Source: a virus. Taken from it: a stretch of 50,880 nucleotides of DNA. This document shows, piece after piece, positions 34,923-44,414 of the stretch (position 1 is the stretch's first letter; each line of letters opens with the position of its first letter). Location: the IMG/VR virus record IMGVR_UViG_3300045988_175742, one strand, 5' to 3'. The position numbers and the translations under genes were made by a program. The notes beneath the pieces were generated by a model. That model searched no databases, was not told the DNA's origin, and was given only the letters and a program-made list of their open reading frames with translations.

Positions 34923-35105
34923 CTATTTTTTGTCGGCTTTTTTTGGCTTGTAATATTTAGACCAAGTAGGAATGTTCCCCGGTCCTCCATCTAACTTTTC
35001 ATCTTCCTCCCATTGTTTTAGTTCCTCTTCGGTCATTGTATCCTCCGTATCGACTACAATTTCAATAACATGTGTGTGTTTTTCACTTTCTTTTTTTGAT
35101 TTCAT
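34923..35105 (-). CDS. Small acidic protein downstream of the MuF fusion (candidate immunity/partner)
   Basis: MKSKKESEKHTHVIEIVVDTEDTMTEEELKQWEEDEKL...; followed by a hairpin plus T-run. Confidence 0.5.
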   Translation of the reverse strand: MKSKKESEKHTHVIEIVVDTEDTMTEEELKQWEEDEKLDGGPGNIPTWSKYYKPKKADKK

Positions 35106-36930
35106 TGAACAATCCGCCTTTCTTAAAGAAGTCATACAGTTCTTTATCTTTATCATATAACAATTGAGGATTGCTTACAAATGTTTCATATCCTACGCTT
35201 ACATATTCTTCTAAATCGGTATAATCAATAGGATCAATCTTTATTCGTTCTCCTTTTTTCAAATTCTTATATTTTTCTGTAACATTTATATATGTTCTTC
35301 CTTGATAATTACGAATAAATCTATCTGAGTCCAGGTAGAGAAAATATTCATCATTTTTCTTTACAATTTTATATTTAGCTTCAGCGACAACATTTTTCAT
35401 GATTGAAGCTAGCTCTTCGCTTTTATATAAATTATTTTTATCAACTAGCGCATGACCTACTTCATGTGCTAAGGTACCTGACTTTAATTGCTCTTGGATA
35501 ACGAAAATAGTATTCATTTCACCATCATATGCTGTTTCTGTATTAGACTGTTTAATTTGAATTTTCTTGTTTACCAAGAATTTTGTTGCTTCTTCATGCA
35601 TGATTTTAATTTCTTTTTTTATTCCTTCTTTAAAATCATCATTATCGCTTTCAATAGTTACTTTTTTCATCATTTTTTCAACAAATTCATCTGAATTGGT
35701 AATCATTTTTATTTTAGGCTTATCTTCCTTTTTAGGCTTAAAATTGAACGGTAGCCATTCGTCATCATTGTATAATTTATTACTTTTTTTGCTTGATAAC
35801 TTACCGTTAGTAACAATCTTCTCTCTTGGATACGCTTTTTTAAGAACGTTATCAATACCATGTTCTTTCTTGAATTGAATGTTGCTTTCTTTAATGAATT
35901 GAGAACGCTTATCTTGCCATTCTCTAATCTTTTTAGCTTCTTTGGTGGAATCCACACCGCATTCATCAAGAATATTCTTTCTTTTCTTCCAAGAGCGAAT
36001 CTGACGTTCATAATATCTTTGCTTTTGTTCCAGCTCGTATTGATCATCATTCCTGTTCTTGTCAAATTCTTCGGTATCGACTAGATTGTTCTTATACTCA
36101 TAATCAGTAACCTCATAAAAAGAATGTCTACAGTTTGCTCCACCTAGACCATCAACACGACCATATCCCGTTGCCTTTTTAAAGTTCTGTAGACCTTTTA
36201 CAGGAGTATGAAGATAAAACAACTTGCCCTGCCATTCCTGATGGGATGGTCGAGCACCACCATGACTTGAAGTCTTTACAATGTTAATTCCCAACTCTTT
36301 GCAGTTGTCCATTTTAAACTTCAAAGACGTTTGATTGACACCACTTGTAACTGCTCTTTTAACTGCAGCATCCATTGAAGTTGTATGATCAGTATAGCCA
36401 ACTACTTCAATACCTTTTTGAGAAAGCTTTCTGATTGATGATTCAATGGCCTTGTCGGCATTGTTTCCTGCAACAATTTTAGAATATGCTTCATCACATG
36501 CTTTTATAAACTGCTTGTTGGTGCACTTTCTTGAAACGTTGCAAAGATTTTTGATTTCGCCTTGAGTATCCTTGATACCTTTGTTCAAATTCTTATTTGA
36601 CCTGTTCAACATGTCTTTTTTAGAAGTTTGAGCATCAGTATCTTTCAATCTCGAAAAAATATTGCTGACCGTCATTGCTATTCCATTTTTGATAGCCGAT
36701 TTTACTTTGCTTTGAGACGATTTCTTGACCTTTTGAAATTCAGTACCCGAGTATTCAAAAAACTCTCTACAGGCTTTATTTTTCCATTTTGGATACTCTT
36801 CTTCGATATCTTCTAAAGATGCAAGATTTCTTAAACGCAAACCCATCCAAATTAAAAGAAGAGTTTCCAATGTGCTGAAGTCATTTGAGACATCATCACC
36901 CGACTCTTCTAAAAATTTATCAGTTAACAT
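35083..36930 (-). CDS. MuF/SPP1 gp7-like head morphogenesis protein fused to a C-terminal HExxH metallopeptidase-like domain
   Basis: GGANCRHSFY at the MuF core; C-terminal TLAHEVGHALVD ... EEYVSVGYETF. Confidence 0.75.
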   Translation of the reverse strand: MLTDKFLEESGDDVSNDFSTLETLLLIWMGLRLRNLASLEDIEEEYPKWKNKACREFFEYSGTEFQKVKKSSQSKVKSAIKNGIAMTVSNIFSRLKDTDAQTSKKDMLNRSNKNLNKGIKDTQGEIKNLCNVSRKCTNKQFIKACDEAYSKIVAGNNADKAIESSIRKLSQKGIEVVGYTDHTTSMDAAVKRAVTSGVNQTSLKFKMDNCKELGINIVKTSSHGGARPSHQEWQGKLFYLHTPVKGLQNFKKATGYGRVDGLGGANCRHSFYEVTDYEYKNNLVDTEEFDKNRNDDQYELEQKQRYYERQIRSWKKRKNILDECGVDSTKEAKKIREWQDKRSQFIKESNIQFKKEHGIDNVLKKAYPREKIVTNGKLSSKKSNKLYNDDEWLPFNFKPKKEDKPKIKMITNSDEFVEKMMKKVTIESDNDDFKEGIKKEIKIMHEEATKFLVNKKIQIKQSNTETAYDGEMNTIFVIQEQLKSGTLAHEVGHALVDKNNLYKSEELASIMKNVVAEAKYKIVKKNDEYFLYLDSDRFIRNYQGRTYINVTEKYKNLKKGERIKIDPIDYTDLEEYVSVGYETFVSNPQLLYDKDKELYDFFKKGGLFNEIKKRK

Positions 36931-38395
36931 TTACATCCTCTTCTGCATCGTCTTCATCATCTGCATCATCATATTCAATGCCATCATCTGAGTTTTCAGC
37001 AACTTCTCTTTTTGCTTCTTCTTCACTCATGCCTTGCCATTTGACTTTGTATTTCCATTCAGGCATCAAACCAGCATTGACTTCTTGAAGGTCGATATTT
37101 CTTTGTTTTTCAGTATCGGTCAAGATACTGTCTCCCCAATCAGTTTCAACAACACATTCCATAGACTTTGATTTGCCCATTCCAATAGCGTAGACATTCA
37201 TTGCATATGCTACATCCTCAAGTACAGTATTCAAACTGTCTTGAATAGCTGAAACAGTATCATATTTCCTTTGTTTGGATGATTTGATTTCTTCTGCAGT
37301 TTTATCGACTTGTTGTGGATCACTTAAATCACCATACGATAAACCACATTCGAATTCGATTCTCTTTAGAATATCATTGAAACCTGCAGCGTAGTTGGCA
37401 TCTCTTAATTGAGGTGCATGTACTTTGATTAATTCATTGATATTAGTTGTTTGTCCTGAAGAATTATCGATATCGTATGTTCTGTACAATCTTTTCTTTC
37501 CTTCAGGAAGTTTTGGTTCATTGGTACGTGAATCAATTTCAAATGCATCACTTGATGCTTCAACTGCCATTTCGCCACCAACGAATTCCCAAATGTATCT
37601 GCTGTATTGTTCTTCTGCATCTCTAATCAAATTAATTGCTTTGACATAGCAAGGAACACCAAGAGGAGACATCTTATCAATCGTATTGATGACAGGTGTT
37701 TTGAAGTAAGAAAAAAGTGGCCTGTCAACGCCACCAATCTCAAAATGTTCCTCTAAATCTTTCCACTCTGGAATAGTATCCAATGGAATTTGATTGCCAA
37801 AATCAGTATAAAAGCTATAGTTTCCTTGAGAATAATCTCTTTTCATAAAAGCATAGTTTTCAAATGTATTTACTCCATTTTCATACTTTTGATATTCTAA
37901 TCGAGTATATACGTTTTTGCCTTTGAAAATTTGTTCTACAAAAATACCTGCAGTAATTTTCTTTCTTCCGTTAAATGTAACAGGAAAAAACTTATCAGCA
38001 TGTACAACATCAACAAATATTTGATTGTCACTTACATATGGTTTGAAAACAGCACCACCTTCACCTAAAGCCCATTGAAGATTTTCATTCATATCCTTAA
38101 TAAACTCTTGATATTCCTGATTGACAAAATCATTCGATATAACTTTTGATATCAATTCTCTTGTTGATGTTTTAGAAAGTTCTTCACCAATTCCTTGAGC
38201 CAATGCCAATGATTTAACGCCTTTTTCTTTGCTAAGCCAAGGTTGTTTGTTTTCTAAAATCTTATTCCATAGCTCAATTGAATTTACCATGTCATTCGAC
38301 ATTGCAATATCGATATCGAAAAATTTATTTATATCTTTTGTTGCAAACATTCTGTTCTTAATCCTTTCTAGAAATTTCTTTATTGCTGTAAACAC
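36920..38395 (-). CDS. Portal protein (SPP1 gp6-like)
   Basis: 491 aa directly after TerL; acidic C-terminus. Confidence 0.88.
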   Translation of the reverse strand: MFTAIKKFLERIKNRMFATKDINKFFDIDIAMSNDMVNSIELWNKILENKQPWLSKEKGVKSLALAQGIGEELSKTSTRELISKVISNDFVNQEYQEFIKDMNENLQWALGEGGAVFKPYVSDNQIFVDVVHADKFFPVTFNGRKKITAGIFVEQIFKGKNVYTRLEYQKYENGVNTFENYAFMKRDYSQGNYSFYTDFGNQIPLDTIPEWKDLEEHFEIGGVDRPLFSYFKTPVINTIDKMSPLGVPCYVKAINLIRDAEEQYSRYIWEFVGGEMAVEASSDAFEIDSRTNEPKLPEGKKRLYRTYDIDNSSGQTTNINELIKVHAPQLRDANYAAGFNDILKRIEFECGLSYGDLSDPQQVDKTAEEIKSSKQRKYDTVSAIQDSLNTVLEDVAYAMNVYAIGMGKSKSMECVVETDWGDSILTDTEKQRNIDLQEVNAGLMPEWKYKVKWQGMSEEEAKREVAENSDDGIEYDDADDEDDAEEDVNVN

Positions 38396-39765
38396 TAATC
38401 ATCCTCACCACCTTCATTCTTCTCAACATCAGGAAGATATCTTTTAATATATTTCCAAATGCCCATGATGTAATATCTCAATGCATCCATGCAGTGATCA
38501 TCATCTTTTACCGGTTTTTCAATGCCACTTTCAATGCTTTTTTTATCATAGCTGTAAATAACGATTTCATTCAAAAGCATTTCCTGACGTGTACTGAACA
38601 GTACTTTTTGAAACGCTATTGCTTTTTGGACTCTTGAAATCCCTAATTTGACATCATTTTGAGCACCTCTTATTTTTATAAACGGACAAGCTCTTTTGAT
38701 TTCTTCAGCAAGTCCTCTTGCACTAGGGTCAATATAAAGACTTTGCGGATATTGGCCATATTCTTCCTTGATTTTTTCACACATCTTCTTGAACTTAAAT
38801 GCATACTCACTAGGTGTCAGCTGTTTACCACTTTCACGCCCTGAATGATAAAATTCATCAAGTCCAAAAACAGTTTTCAACGTGGGATTGAGTCCCCAAA
38901 ACTCAAATACTGTCGCATTCATTTGGCCATAATCACAAGATGCATCAATCCTTGTAATTCCGTTTATTTCATCATTTGTAAGATTTCTATCCAAAATATG
39001 TTTATCTTTATCAAACATGTAATAAATAATTTCATCCAATCCAATTGATATTCCTAGCCAAATCCAGTTGTACATTCTTTCATCAACTTTTTTCATTTCC
39101 ATTGCTGATTGAATAAGCTTTTTCCCAAGCCACTTTTCTGGTACATCTCTATAATCAACATGGATATGAATGCAGTCACTACGTTTTTCCATCTTTTTGA
39201 CCCATTTAAAAATAGACGCGTTAGGATTTTTAGGAGGGTTGAAATAATATTCCATACAGAACTCATCATCATTTCCACGAACAAATGTCGCTTCAATGTT
39301 GGATATTTCATCTTCTCCTTGGCCACGTTCAAAAAACTCGGTCAGCTCATCTAAAATAACAAGCTTGATAGGCTTTTCTTCATCAATGATCCCTTTTGTA
39401 TCATCAATAGAGTCGTTCCCTGTAAAATAAACCGAATTGCCATTTTTAAGATATGTAATCTTCATTGGATTCTTTGTTATCTTGAACTGTTTTTTCTTCA
39501 ATCCTAGACGTTTGATTGCTCGTTTGAATTCATTGTAGACAGTCTTAGAAAGCTTATTGTGAAACTTTCTCATAACAATTACGGAGCATTCATCTTCGCT
39601 TACAATCTTATAAATTCCATGAATAGCAGCATAACTTGATTTAGTACCAGCACGGCCACTGTCCATAATTTTATGAACATGTGAAATATCGTTGAAACAA
39701 GTCAAAAACTTCGGAATGACAATATCTGAAATACGAACCTGTTTTTTCTTAAATTGGTGCATCAT
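38395..39765 (-). CDS. terL: Terminase large subunit
   Basis: 456 aa; GRAGTKSS Walker A-like, [10 protein letters not shown] Walker B-like, C-terminal nuclease D residues. Confidence 0.9.
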   Translation of the reverse strand: MMHQFKKKQVRISDIVIPKFLTCFNDISHVHKIMDSGRAGTKSSYAAIHGIYKIVSEDECSVIVMRKFHNKLSKTVYNEFKRAIKRLGLKKKQFKITKNPMKITYLKNGNSVYFTGNDSIDDTKGIIDEEKPIKLVILDELTEFFERGQGEDEISNIEATFVRGNDDEFCMEYYFNPPKNPNASIFKWVKKMEKRSDCIHIHVDYRDVPEKWLGKKLIQSAMEMKKVDERMYNWIWLGISIGLDEIIYYMFDKDKHILDRNLTNDEINGITRIDASCDYGQMNATVFEFWGLNPTLKTVFGLDEFYHSGRESGKQLTPSEYAFKFKKMCEKIKEEYGQYPQSLYIDPSARGLAEEIKRACPFIKIRGAQNDVKLGISRVQKAIAFQKVLFSTRQEMLLNEIVIYSYDKKSIESGIEKPVKDDDHCMDALRYYIMGIWKYIKRYLPDVEKNEGGEDD

Positions 39766-40540
39766 TTATGATTTCAACTCCATCATCTTCTTGATCATTC
39801 GTATTCAATTGTTTTTTCAATACTTCAATCTTGAGTTTTTGTTCTTCGGTAGTGATATTCATGTGTTTAGATAGCCAATCCAAAGCTTTCATTCTATCCG
39901 CCAATTTGATACTTGCTCCATTTCGACCCTGTTTGACTTCACTTAGAATAGTTCCATCAGCAAATGCCGATTCTTTGAATTTAACCATATTGACAGTTCG
40001 CTTTAGAACTTCATCCTCACCTGTATCAGGATTTTTAATAATTACCGGGACTTCCTCTTGGCCGTATTCCAAATAATCATTCAAATCAGCAAAGGCAATA
40101 TCAATATATTTTTGAACTATGTCATGCGGATCAAGAAGAGCATCTTCGTACAGTTCTTTTTTTAGACGATTTATTTCTTCTATTACGGCTGGTTGTTTAG
40201 ACCAGCGAGAAGCCATCACACAAGCACTGTTGTATGGGGTATTTGGCTTTACTTTTTGATATGCTTTGACTTTATTGTGATATTTTAAATAATAAATACA
40301 AAAGAGCTGATGTTCTTCATCCAGCTCACTTGTTTCTACTATTTCTTCAGCTATTTTTTTGCATTCTTTTTTGGTGTGCACACTTTTATTTTGGGGTGCA
40401 CCCTTTTTCTTCTTTTTTGACCATTCATAACGGCGTGACCATGACTTGACAGTATTGATTGTCGTACCATATTTTTTAGCGATTTCTTTTTGCTTCATGC
40501 CGTTTTTATAGTCTTCAAACGCTAACTCGTGTTTTTCCAA
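39749..40540 (-). CDS. terS: Terminase small subunit with N-terminal HTH
   Basis: [25 protein letters not shown]; QLFCIYYL...AY core. Confidence 0.85.
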   Translation of the reverse strand: MEKHELAFEDYKNGMKQKEIAKKYGTTINTVKSWSRRYEWSKKKKKGAPQNKSVHTKKECKKIAEEIVETSELDEEHQLFCIYYLKYHNKVKAYQKVKPNTPYNSACVMASRWSKQPAVIEEINRLKKELYEDALLDPHDIVQKYIDIAFADLNDYLEYGQEEVPVIIKNPDTGEDEVLKRTVNMVKFKESAFADGTILSEVKQGRNGASIKLADRMKALDWLSKHMNITTEEQKLKIEVLKKQLNTNDQEDDGVEIINDAPI

Positions 40541-40737
40541 ATCATGTCACCACCTCCATTTTTTTATTTATATAAACAGCAGTTAAAACTGCGACGTTGT
40601 TCTTTGCAAAAGAAAAAAGCTCCCGTAAGGAACTTTTTAGCAAGGGGTTTAACCTATATGTCTGAACTGTGATTTTAAATTAAATGGGATTGTTTCATTT
40701 CTTTAAAAACCACAATAGCATAATAGCATGGAAATAA

Positions 40738-40815
40738 GGGTTCAATCTAGGTCCAAATTGGGTCCAATTAGGGCTCACTTTGGGTTCATTTTGGGTCCAA
40801 AATGGGTCCACTTTT
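40738..40815. repeat. Seven phased (about 11-bp) GGGTCCA-like repeats; putative pac/TerS-binding array
   Basis: Copies start at 40738, 40750, 40760, 40771, 40782, 40793, 40804. Confidence 0.75.
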
Positions 40816-40953
40816 AATAAAAAATTATCATTTGTGATAAAAATGTTCTTATTTATGGCTTTTGATACTATTTCTAGAGATTCGAAACACTGCTTTTATT
40901 CGCTTTTCTGCACCACTCCCAAATAGACATTTTAAAACAAAATGTGATAAAAT

Positions 40954-40977
40954 AAAAAAGCACATCCAAAGATGTGC
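40954..40977 (-). terminator. Minus-strand terminator
   Basis: Minus strand GCACATC-tttg-GATGTGC followed by T6. Confidence 0.6.
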
Positions 40978-41062
40978 AAAATATACTACGGAGGTACTAG
41001 CAACATGCTATTTACATCAAGCAAGAATATTAGCTTTGGTGTAAGGAAAGGAGCAAGTATTC

Positions 41063-41122
41063 ATGGAATACCTAGTGATGCTCTTTTTAATCTTAGTAGC
41101 AACTAAAATGTTGTTGAACTAA
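41063..41122 (+). CDS. 19-aa hydrophobic peptide MEYLVMLFLILVATKMLLN (tentative)
   Basis: AAGGAAAGGAG RBS 9 nt upstream; terminator 40 nt downstream. Confidence 0.35.
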   Translation: MEYLVMLFLILVATKMLLN

Positions 41123-41162
41123 TCCCACACTTACTTAAAGCTAGTATTCGAAGTAGAAAAAG

Positions 41163-41194
41163 AGGAAGAATTGCCGTTCTTCCTTTTTTCTTTT
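41163..41194. terminator. Bidirectional terminator
   Basis: AGGAAGAA-ttgccg-TTCTTCCT with an A-run upstream and a T-run downstream. Confidence 0.7.
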
Positions 41195-41405
41195 AGCATG
41201 CTATTTTATTCCCATACTTACAAAAAGCATTGTAGCTATGTTGTTTTTACAATGATTTTGATACTTCCAAGCTACATAAATAATATAACACAAATAAGAA
41301 AAAAATGAAGATTTTTTAGATGAATTAAGGTAAAGTTAGTTAAACTTAAGCGTATTTAGGTGTATTTATAGACATATATAGACTTTTAGAGATTATTTTG
41401 ACGAA

Positions 41406-41433
41406 TAAAAAAGAATGAATTTCTATTCATTCT
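41406..41433 (-). terminator. Terminator overlapping the ArpU-like stop
   Basis: Minus strand AGAATGAAT-agaa-ATTCATTCT followed by TTTTTATT. Confidence 0.7.
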
Positions 41434-41920
41434 TGATACTTTCATAAAAAATATTATTTAATTTTTCAAGTGATGGGCAGTGTTCCATGTCAAGATATTT
41501 AGATAATTCTAAACATGCTTTTGGAAATTCTCTTTTGTAAGTTGATTTGCTGATACAAAACGACTCTTCTAATGTATCAATCATTTCATTGTACCCTCTT
41601 GAACATACATACGTTCTAATGATGTTTCTATGTCCTGCGTTTAGCAAATATACTAACGGCATAAATTTATCAAGTTCTTTGTTAAAGAGCTCTAGGCGCT
41701 TTGTTAGAAGCTCCCTGCGCAACATATTAGAAGTGATTTGTTCTCCTTTTGGTTTTGAAAAACCTCCAGAAGCTTCATCACTGTATTTAATTGATTGAGG
41801 GCTTGGAATGTCCTCAATTTCAAATGTTAAAGAGAATTTTTCAATATTTATTAGGCGCAATTCTCTAAGATATTTTTTAACTTCATCAATGATCTTCTTT
41901 TCTTCATCTGTATATTTCAT
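41423..41920 (-). CDS. ArpU-family late transcription regulator (tentative)
   Basis: 165 aa; last gene before the packaging region; C-terminal ISKSTYKREFPKACLELSKYL HTH-like. Confidence 0.5.
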   Translation of the reverse strand: MKYTDEEKKIIDEVKKYLRELRLINIEKFSLTFEIEDIPSPQSIKYSDEASGGFSKPKGEQITSNMLRRELLTKRLELFNKELDKFMPLVYLLNAGHRNIIRTYVCSRGYNEMIDTLEESFCISKSTYKREFPKACLELSKYLDMEHCPSLEKLNNIFYESIKNE

Positions 41921-41946
41921 TCCTTGCCCTCCAAAATAATTAATTA

Positions 41947-42045
41947 TTAATTTTTATGATCTTGATAAATTGCATAAGCGATTATCCCTGCCAATTCAGC
42001 AAGGATAGTTGCTGCAACTCCACACCAAAATGGGTTAATGTACAT
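41947..42045 (-). CDS. 32-aa membrane peptide
   Basis: TAATG coupling to the upstream ORF; MYINPFWCGVAATILAELAGIIAYAIYQDHKN. Confidence 0.4.
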   Translation of the reverse strand: MYINPFWCGVAATILAELAGIIAYAIYQDHKN

Positions 42046-42245
42046 TATTTATCACCATCTTCTTTTATTTCTACATTGCCTTCTTCAAGGTACTTTCTTT
42101 GTATTTCGAGTTTTTTAATTGCTTTCAAATGCAATTCCTTATCAAAATTAGTTGCACACGTTAAACGACCAATAACGTATTTGATTTCTTGATTAGTCAA
42201 CTGACAATCATTAAGCTTTTTAATTAATATATTCATTTCAATCAC
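42045..42245 (-). CDS. Hypothetical protein
   Basis: 66-aa ORF. Confidence 0.5.
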   Translation of the reverse strand: MIEMNILIKKLNDCQLTNQEIKYVIGRLTCATNFDKELHLKAIKKLEIQRKYLEEGNVEIKEDGDK

Positions 42246-42574
42246 CTTTTTTTGAATTTTTGACTACATAAATCAATACCATACACAATACTTACGACCG
42301 AGAGAAAATAAAACATGAGTGAATTTCGATATGATTGATTAATGATTGCAGTGATTATATGAGCTATGATGATTACAGTATAAATCGCTAACAGTTTTGT
42401 ATTTTGTTTTAAAAGCTTTTCTTTTTGTTGACAGTATTCTCGAAGCAAACCGTATAGATTGCTTATTGTTTCATTTGCAAGATCCAATCCACTAATCAAT
42501 GCCTCATTTTGTTCTTTTAAATTTTTGCAACGTTTTTCTAAATCATTTTCAGCTTCTAATTTAATCTTCTGCAT
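42242..42574 (-). CDS. Coiled-coil plus two-TM membrane protein
   Basis: 110-aa ORF. Confidence 0.55.
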   Translation of the reverse strand: MQKIKLEAENDLEKRCKNLKEQNEALISGLDLANETISNLYGLLREYCQQKEKLLKQNTKLLAIYTVIIIAHIITAIINQSYRNSLMFYFLSVVSIVYGIDLCSQKFKKR

Positions 42575-42584
42575 TATTTACCAC

Positions 42585-42974
42585 CTACTCGCTTGATTTG
42601 ATATCAATAACACCATTTTCAATAACTTCTTTTGCTGGAAAGAATTGAATGTCATAGGCATAAGGATTTTCTTTTTTAGCTTTTGTTTGAATACAAGTGT
42701 ATGTAACATCATTTGACAAATGCGCATAGAACAGCTTGTACTTTCCTTTTCCAGTTTTGATTGTTACGTTTAAATCTCCATCTTCATCACTATCAAGGGA
42801 AATCTTTCCCTCAACAGTGAATAATGGATCATTTGTTCTAGTATTAAGAGCAACGACTTTTCTTGTGATTTTAAAGTTGTTTGCATCTTCTCTAATATTC
42901 CAATTAACTCTAGATGCTTTTGAACATCCAGTTAAAGCAAATACGCTTGCTAATATGATTAATACTTTTTTCAT
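42585..42974 (-). CDS. Lipoprotein (lipobox LTGC)
   Basis: MKKVLIILASVFALTGC-SKAS. Confidence 0.7.
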   Translation of the reverse strand: MKKVLIILASVFALTGCSKASRVNWNIREDANNFKITRKVVALNTRTNDPLFTVEGKISLDSDEDGDLNVTIKTGKGKYKLFYAHLSNDVTYTCIQTKAKKENPYAYDIQFFPAKEVIENGVIDIKSSE

Positions 42975-43120
42975 TTATTTTCTCTCCTCTTTCTTTTTGA
43001 TGTGGTGTCTTTCTTCATACCATTCAATATCTTCTTCAACACGTTTTAATAAATTCTTTTCTCTTACTAGATCCTTTTCATTGGCATTCGGTCTAGTGAT
43101 ATAGTACTGCAAAGCATGTT

Positions 43121-43573
43121 TTACTGTTTGCAACTTTCTATAGTACGTTCCCATTGTTTTTTATTTCCTTCCCATGGAATTTGAACTGGATAATATCTAT
43201 TTTCTTCAAAGGGCTTAGTTAGAACACCTGCATCGCAATAAAACGTTGTCATTTTAGTTCCTTTGGCAAGAGCATCATCAGAATATAAATATGTATTTTC
43301 TACTCTTGTAAAAGTTGTAAAGAAATTATCCCAAACCCACATACCAGGAGTTAAATCTTCAAATTTAAGTGGTTGAGGATGCTTGATTTCATTCATTGCA
43401 TCCTCATAGCCTTTATCATATTGTCCTCTATCATAAATTAGAGCTTTTAGAAGTTCTTCTTTATCAACGTTTATACCGACTTTTTGTATAGCTTTAAATA
43501 TTGAATTTTCAAAATCCTCATTCATCTTTTGAAACACTTCTTTCATTACTATTTCTATTGGTGGCTTATACAT
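43121..43573 (-). CDS. Hypothetical protein
   Basis: 150-aa ORF. Confidence 0.6.
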   Translation of the reverse strand: MYKPPIEIVMKEVFQKMNEDFENSIFKAIQKVGINVDKEELLKALIYDRGQYDKGYEDAMNEIKHPQPLKFEDLTPGMWVWDNFFTTFTRVENTYLYSDDALAKGTKMTTFYCDAGVLTKPFEENRYYPVQIPWEGNKKQWERTIESCKQ

Positions 43574-43737
43574 TCTTCATACCTCTCTATCAATTCATCA
43601 ATGGTTTCATCATCTTCGGCATCTTGAAAGTAGCCTCTCATCCTCATGCCAACTAATGTACTGATTTCATCAAAGTCATCTCCGCCACATCCATCATCAG
43701 AGAATTCTTTTAATAGATCCAATTCAAATTTAGTCAT
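43555..43737 (-). CDS. Small acidic hypothetical protein
   Basis: 60-aa ORF. Confidence 0.5.
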   Translation of the reverse strand: MTKFELDLLKEFSDDGCGGDDFDEISTLVGMRMRGYFQDAEDDETIDELIERYEECISHQ

Positions 43738-44005
43738 CTTTCATCAACTCCTCTTTCCATTCTTCTTTAGATAGTCCACATTTTTTAGACATAATTCCAT
43801 AATGGCACCAAGCTTGATTAGAATGAAGCTCTTCACATGCTCTATCAAGTGCTTTTTCTAACTTTTCAATCTCTTGCTTATCTTCTGCAAGATAATCACA
43901 AATAGCATCAATATCTTCATACTTAATATGCTTAATTGCGTTATTATTATTTCCTTGCTTCATATGTTGCAACATAGATATTAATTGATTTCTAGTTTTA
44001 CTCAT
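43730..44005 (-). CDS. Hypothetical protein
   Basis: GGAGAG RBS before MSKTRNQ. Confidence 0.55.
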   Translation of the reverse strand: MSKTRNQLISMLQHMKQGNNNNAIKHIKYEDIDAICDYLAEDKQEIEKLEKALDRACEELHSNQAWCHYGIMSKKCGLSKEEWKEELMKDD

Positions 44006-44414
44006 CTTCAACTCTCCAATCAATCGTTTGTTCGCAAAAATGACAATATTTTTGTCTTTTTACTAATGGCGATTTACAAGAAGGACATGTTAATATTGTT
44101 CTTGTAATAGTTGTACCATTTACTGTAGATATACTATTTTCAAACGCTAGCAAAGGTCCTTTAGGTATAGCCTCTTCAATTGAATCCATTATTACTTTAC
44201 TTAATTGTTTCGTATCAAGTATAGGTTCTTGAGCGTTCATAACATTTGCGTTGCATGATTGACATTCTTTACATAGATCATCCGTTCTTAAATCCATCAA
44301 ATCATAACAAAATTTTCTATTATCATTTGGACCATATTCGTGAGTTGATATCCTTGCTTTGTAACAATCTTTATCTAGGGGCTTTCCCCTTAATTGAGCT
44401 CTTGATTTAGTCAT
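43998..44414 (-). CDS. Zn-ribbon-containing hypothetical protein
   Basis: CKECQSC and CPSCKS...CHFC pairs. Confidence 0.6.
   Translation of the reverse strand: MTKSRAQLRGKPLDKDCYKARISTHEYGPNDNRKFCYDLMDLRTDDLCKECQSCNANVMNAQEPILDTKQLSKVIMDSIEEAIPKGPLLAFENSISTVNGTTITRTILTCPSCKSPLVKRQKYCHFCEQTIDWRVEDE

Noticed and set aside
40541-41422. tRNA or CRISPR array in the 880-bp non-coding region
   Set aside because: I could not fold a cloverleaf with a T-loop consensus. The GGGTCCA repeats are about 11-bp units without spacers, so they are not CRISPR-like.
42736-43104. 122-aa plus-strand ORF
   Set aside because: It is antisense to the lipoprotein gene 42585..42974. A short minus-strand ORF (about 42975..43127, TTG start, ...LLKRVEEDIEWYEERHHIKKKEERK) is more plausible there but too weakly supported to list as a feature.
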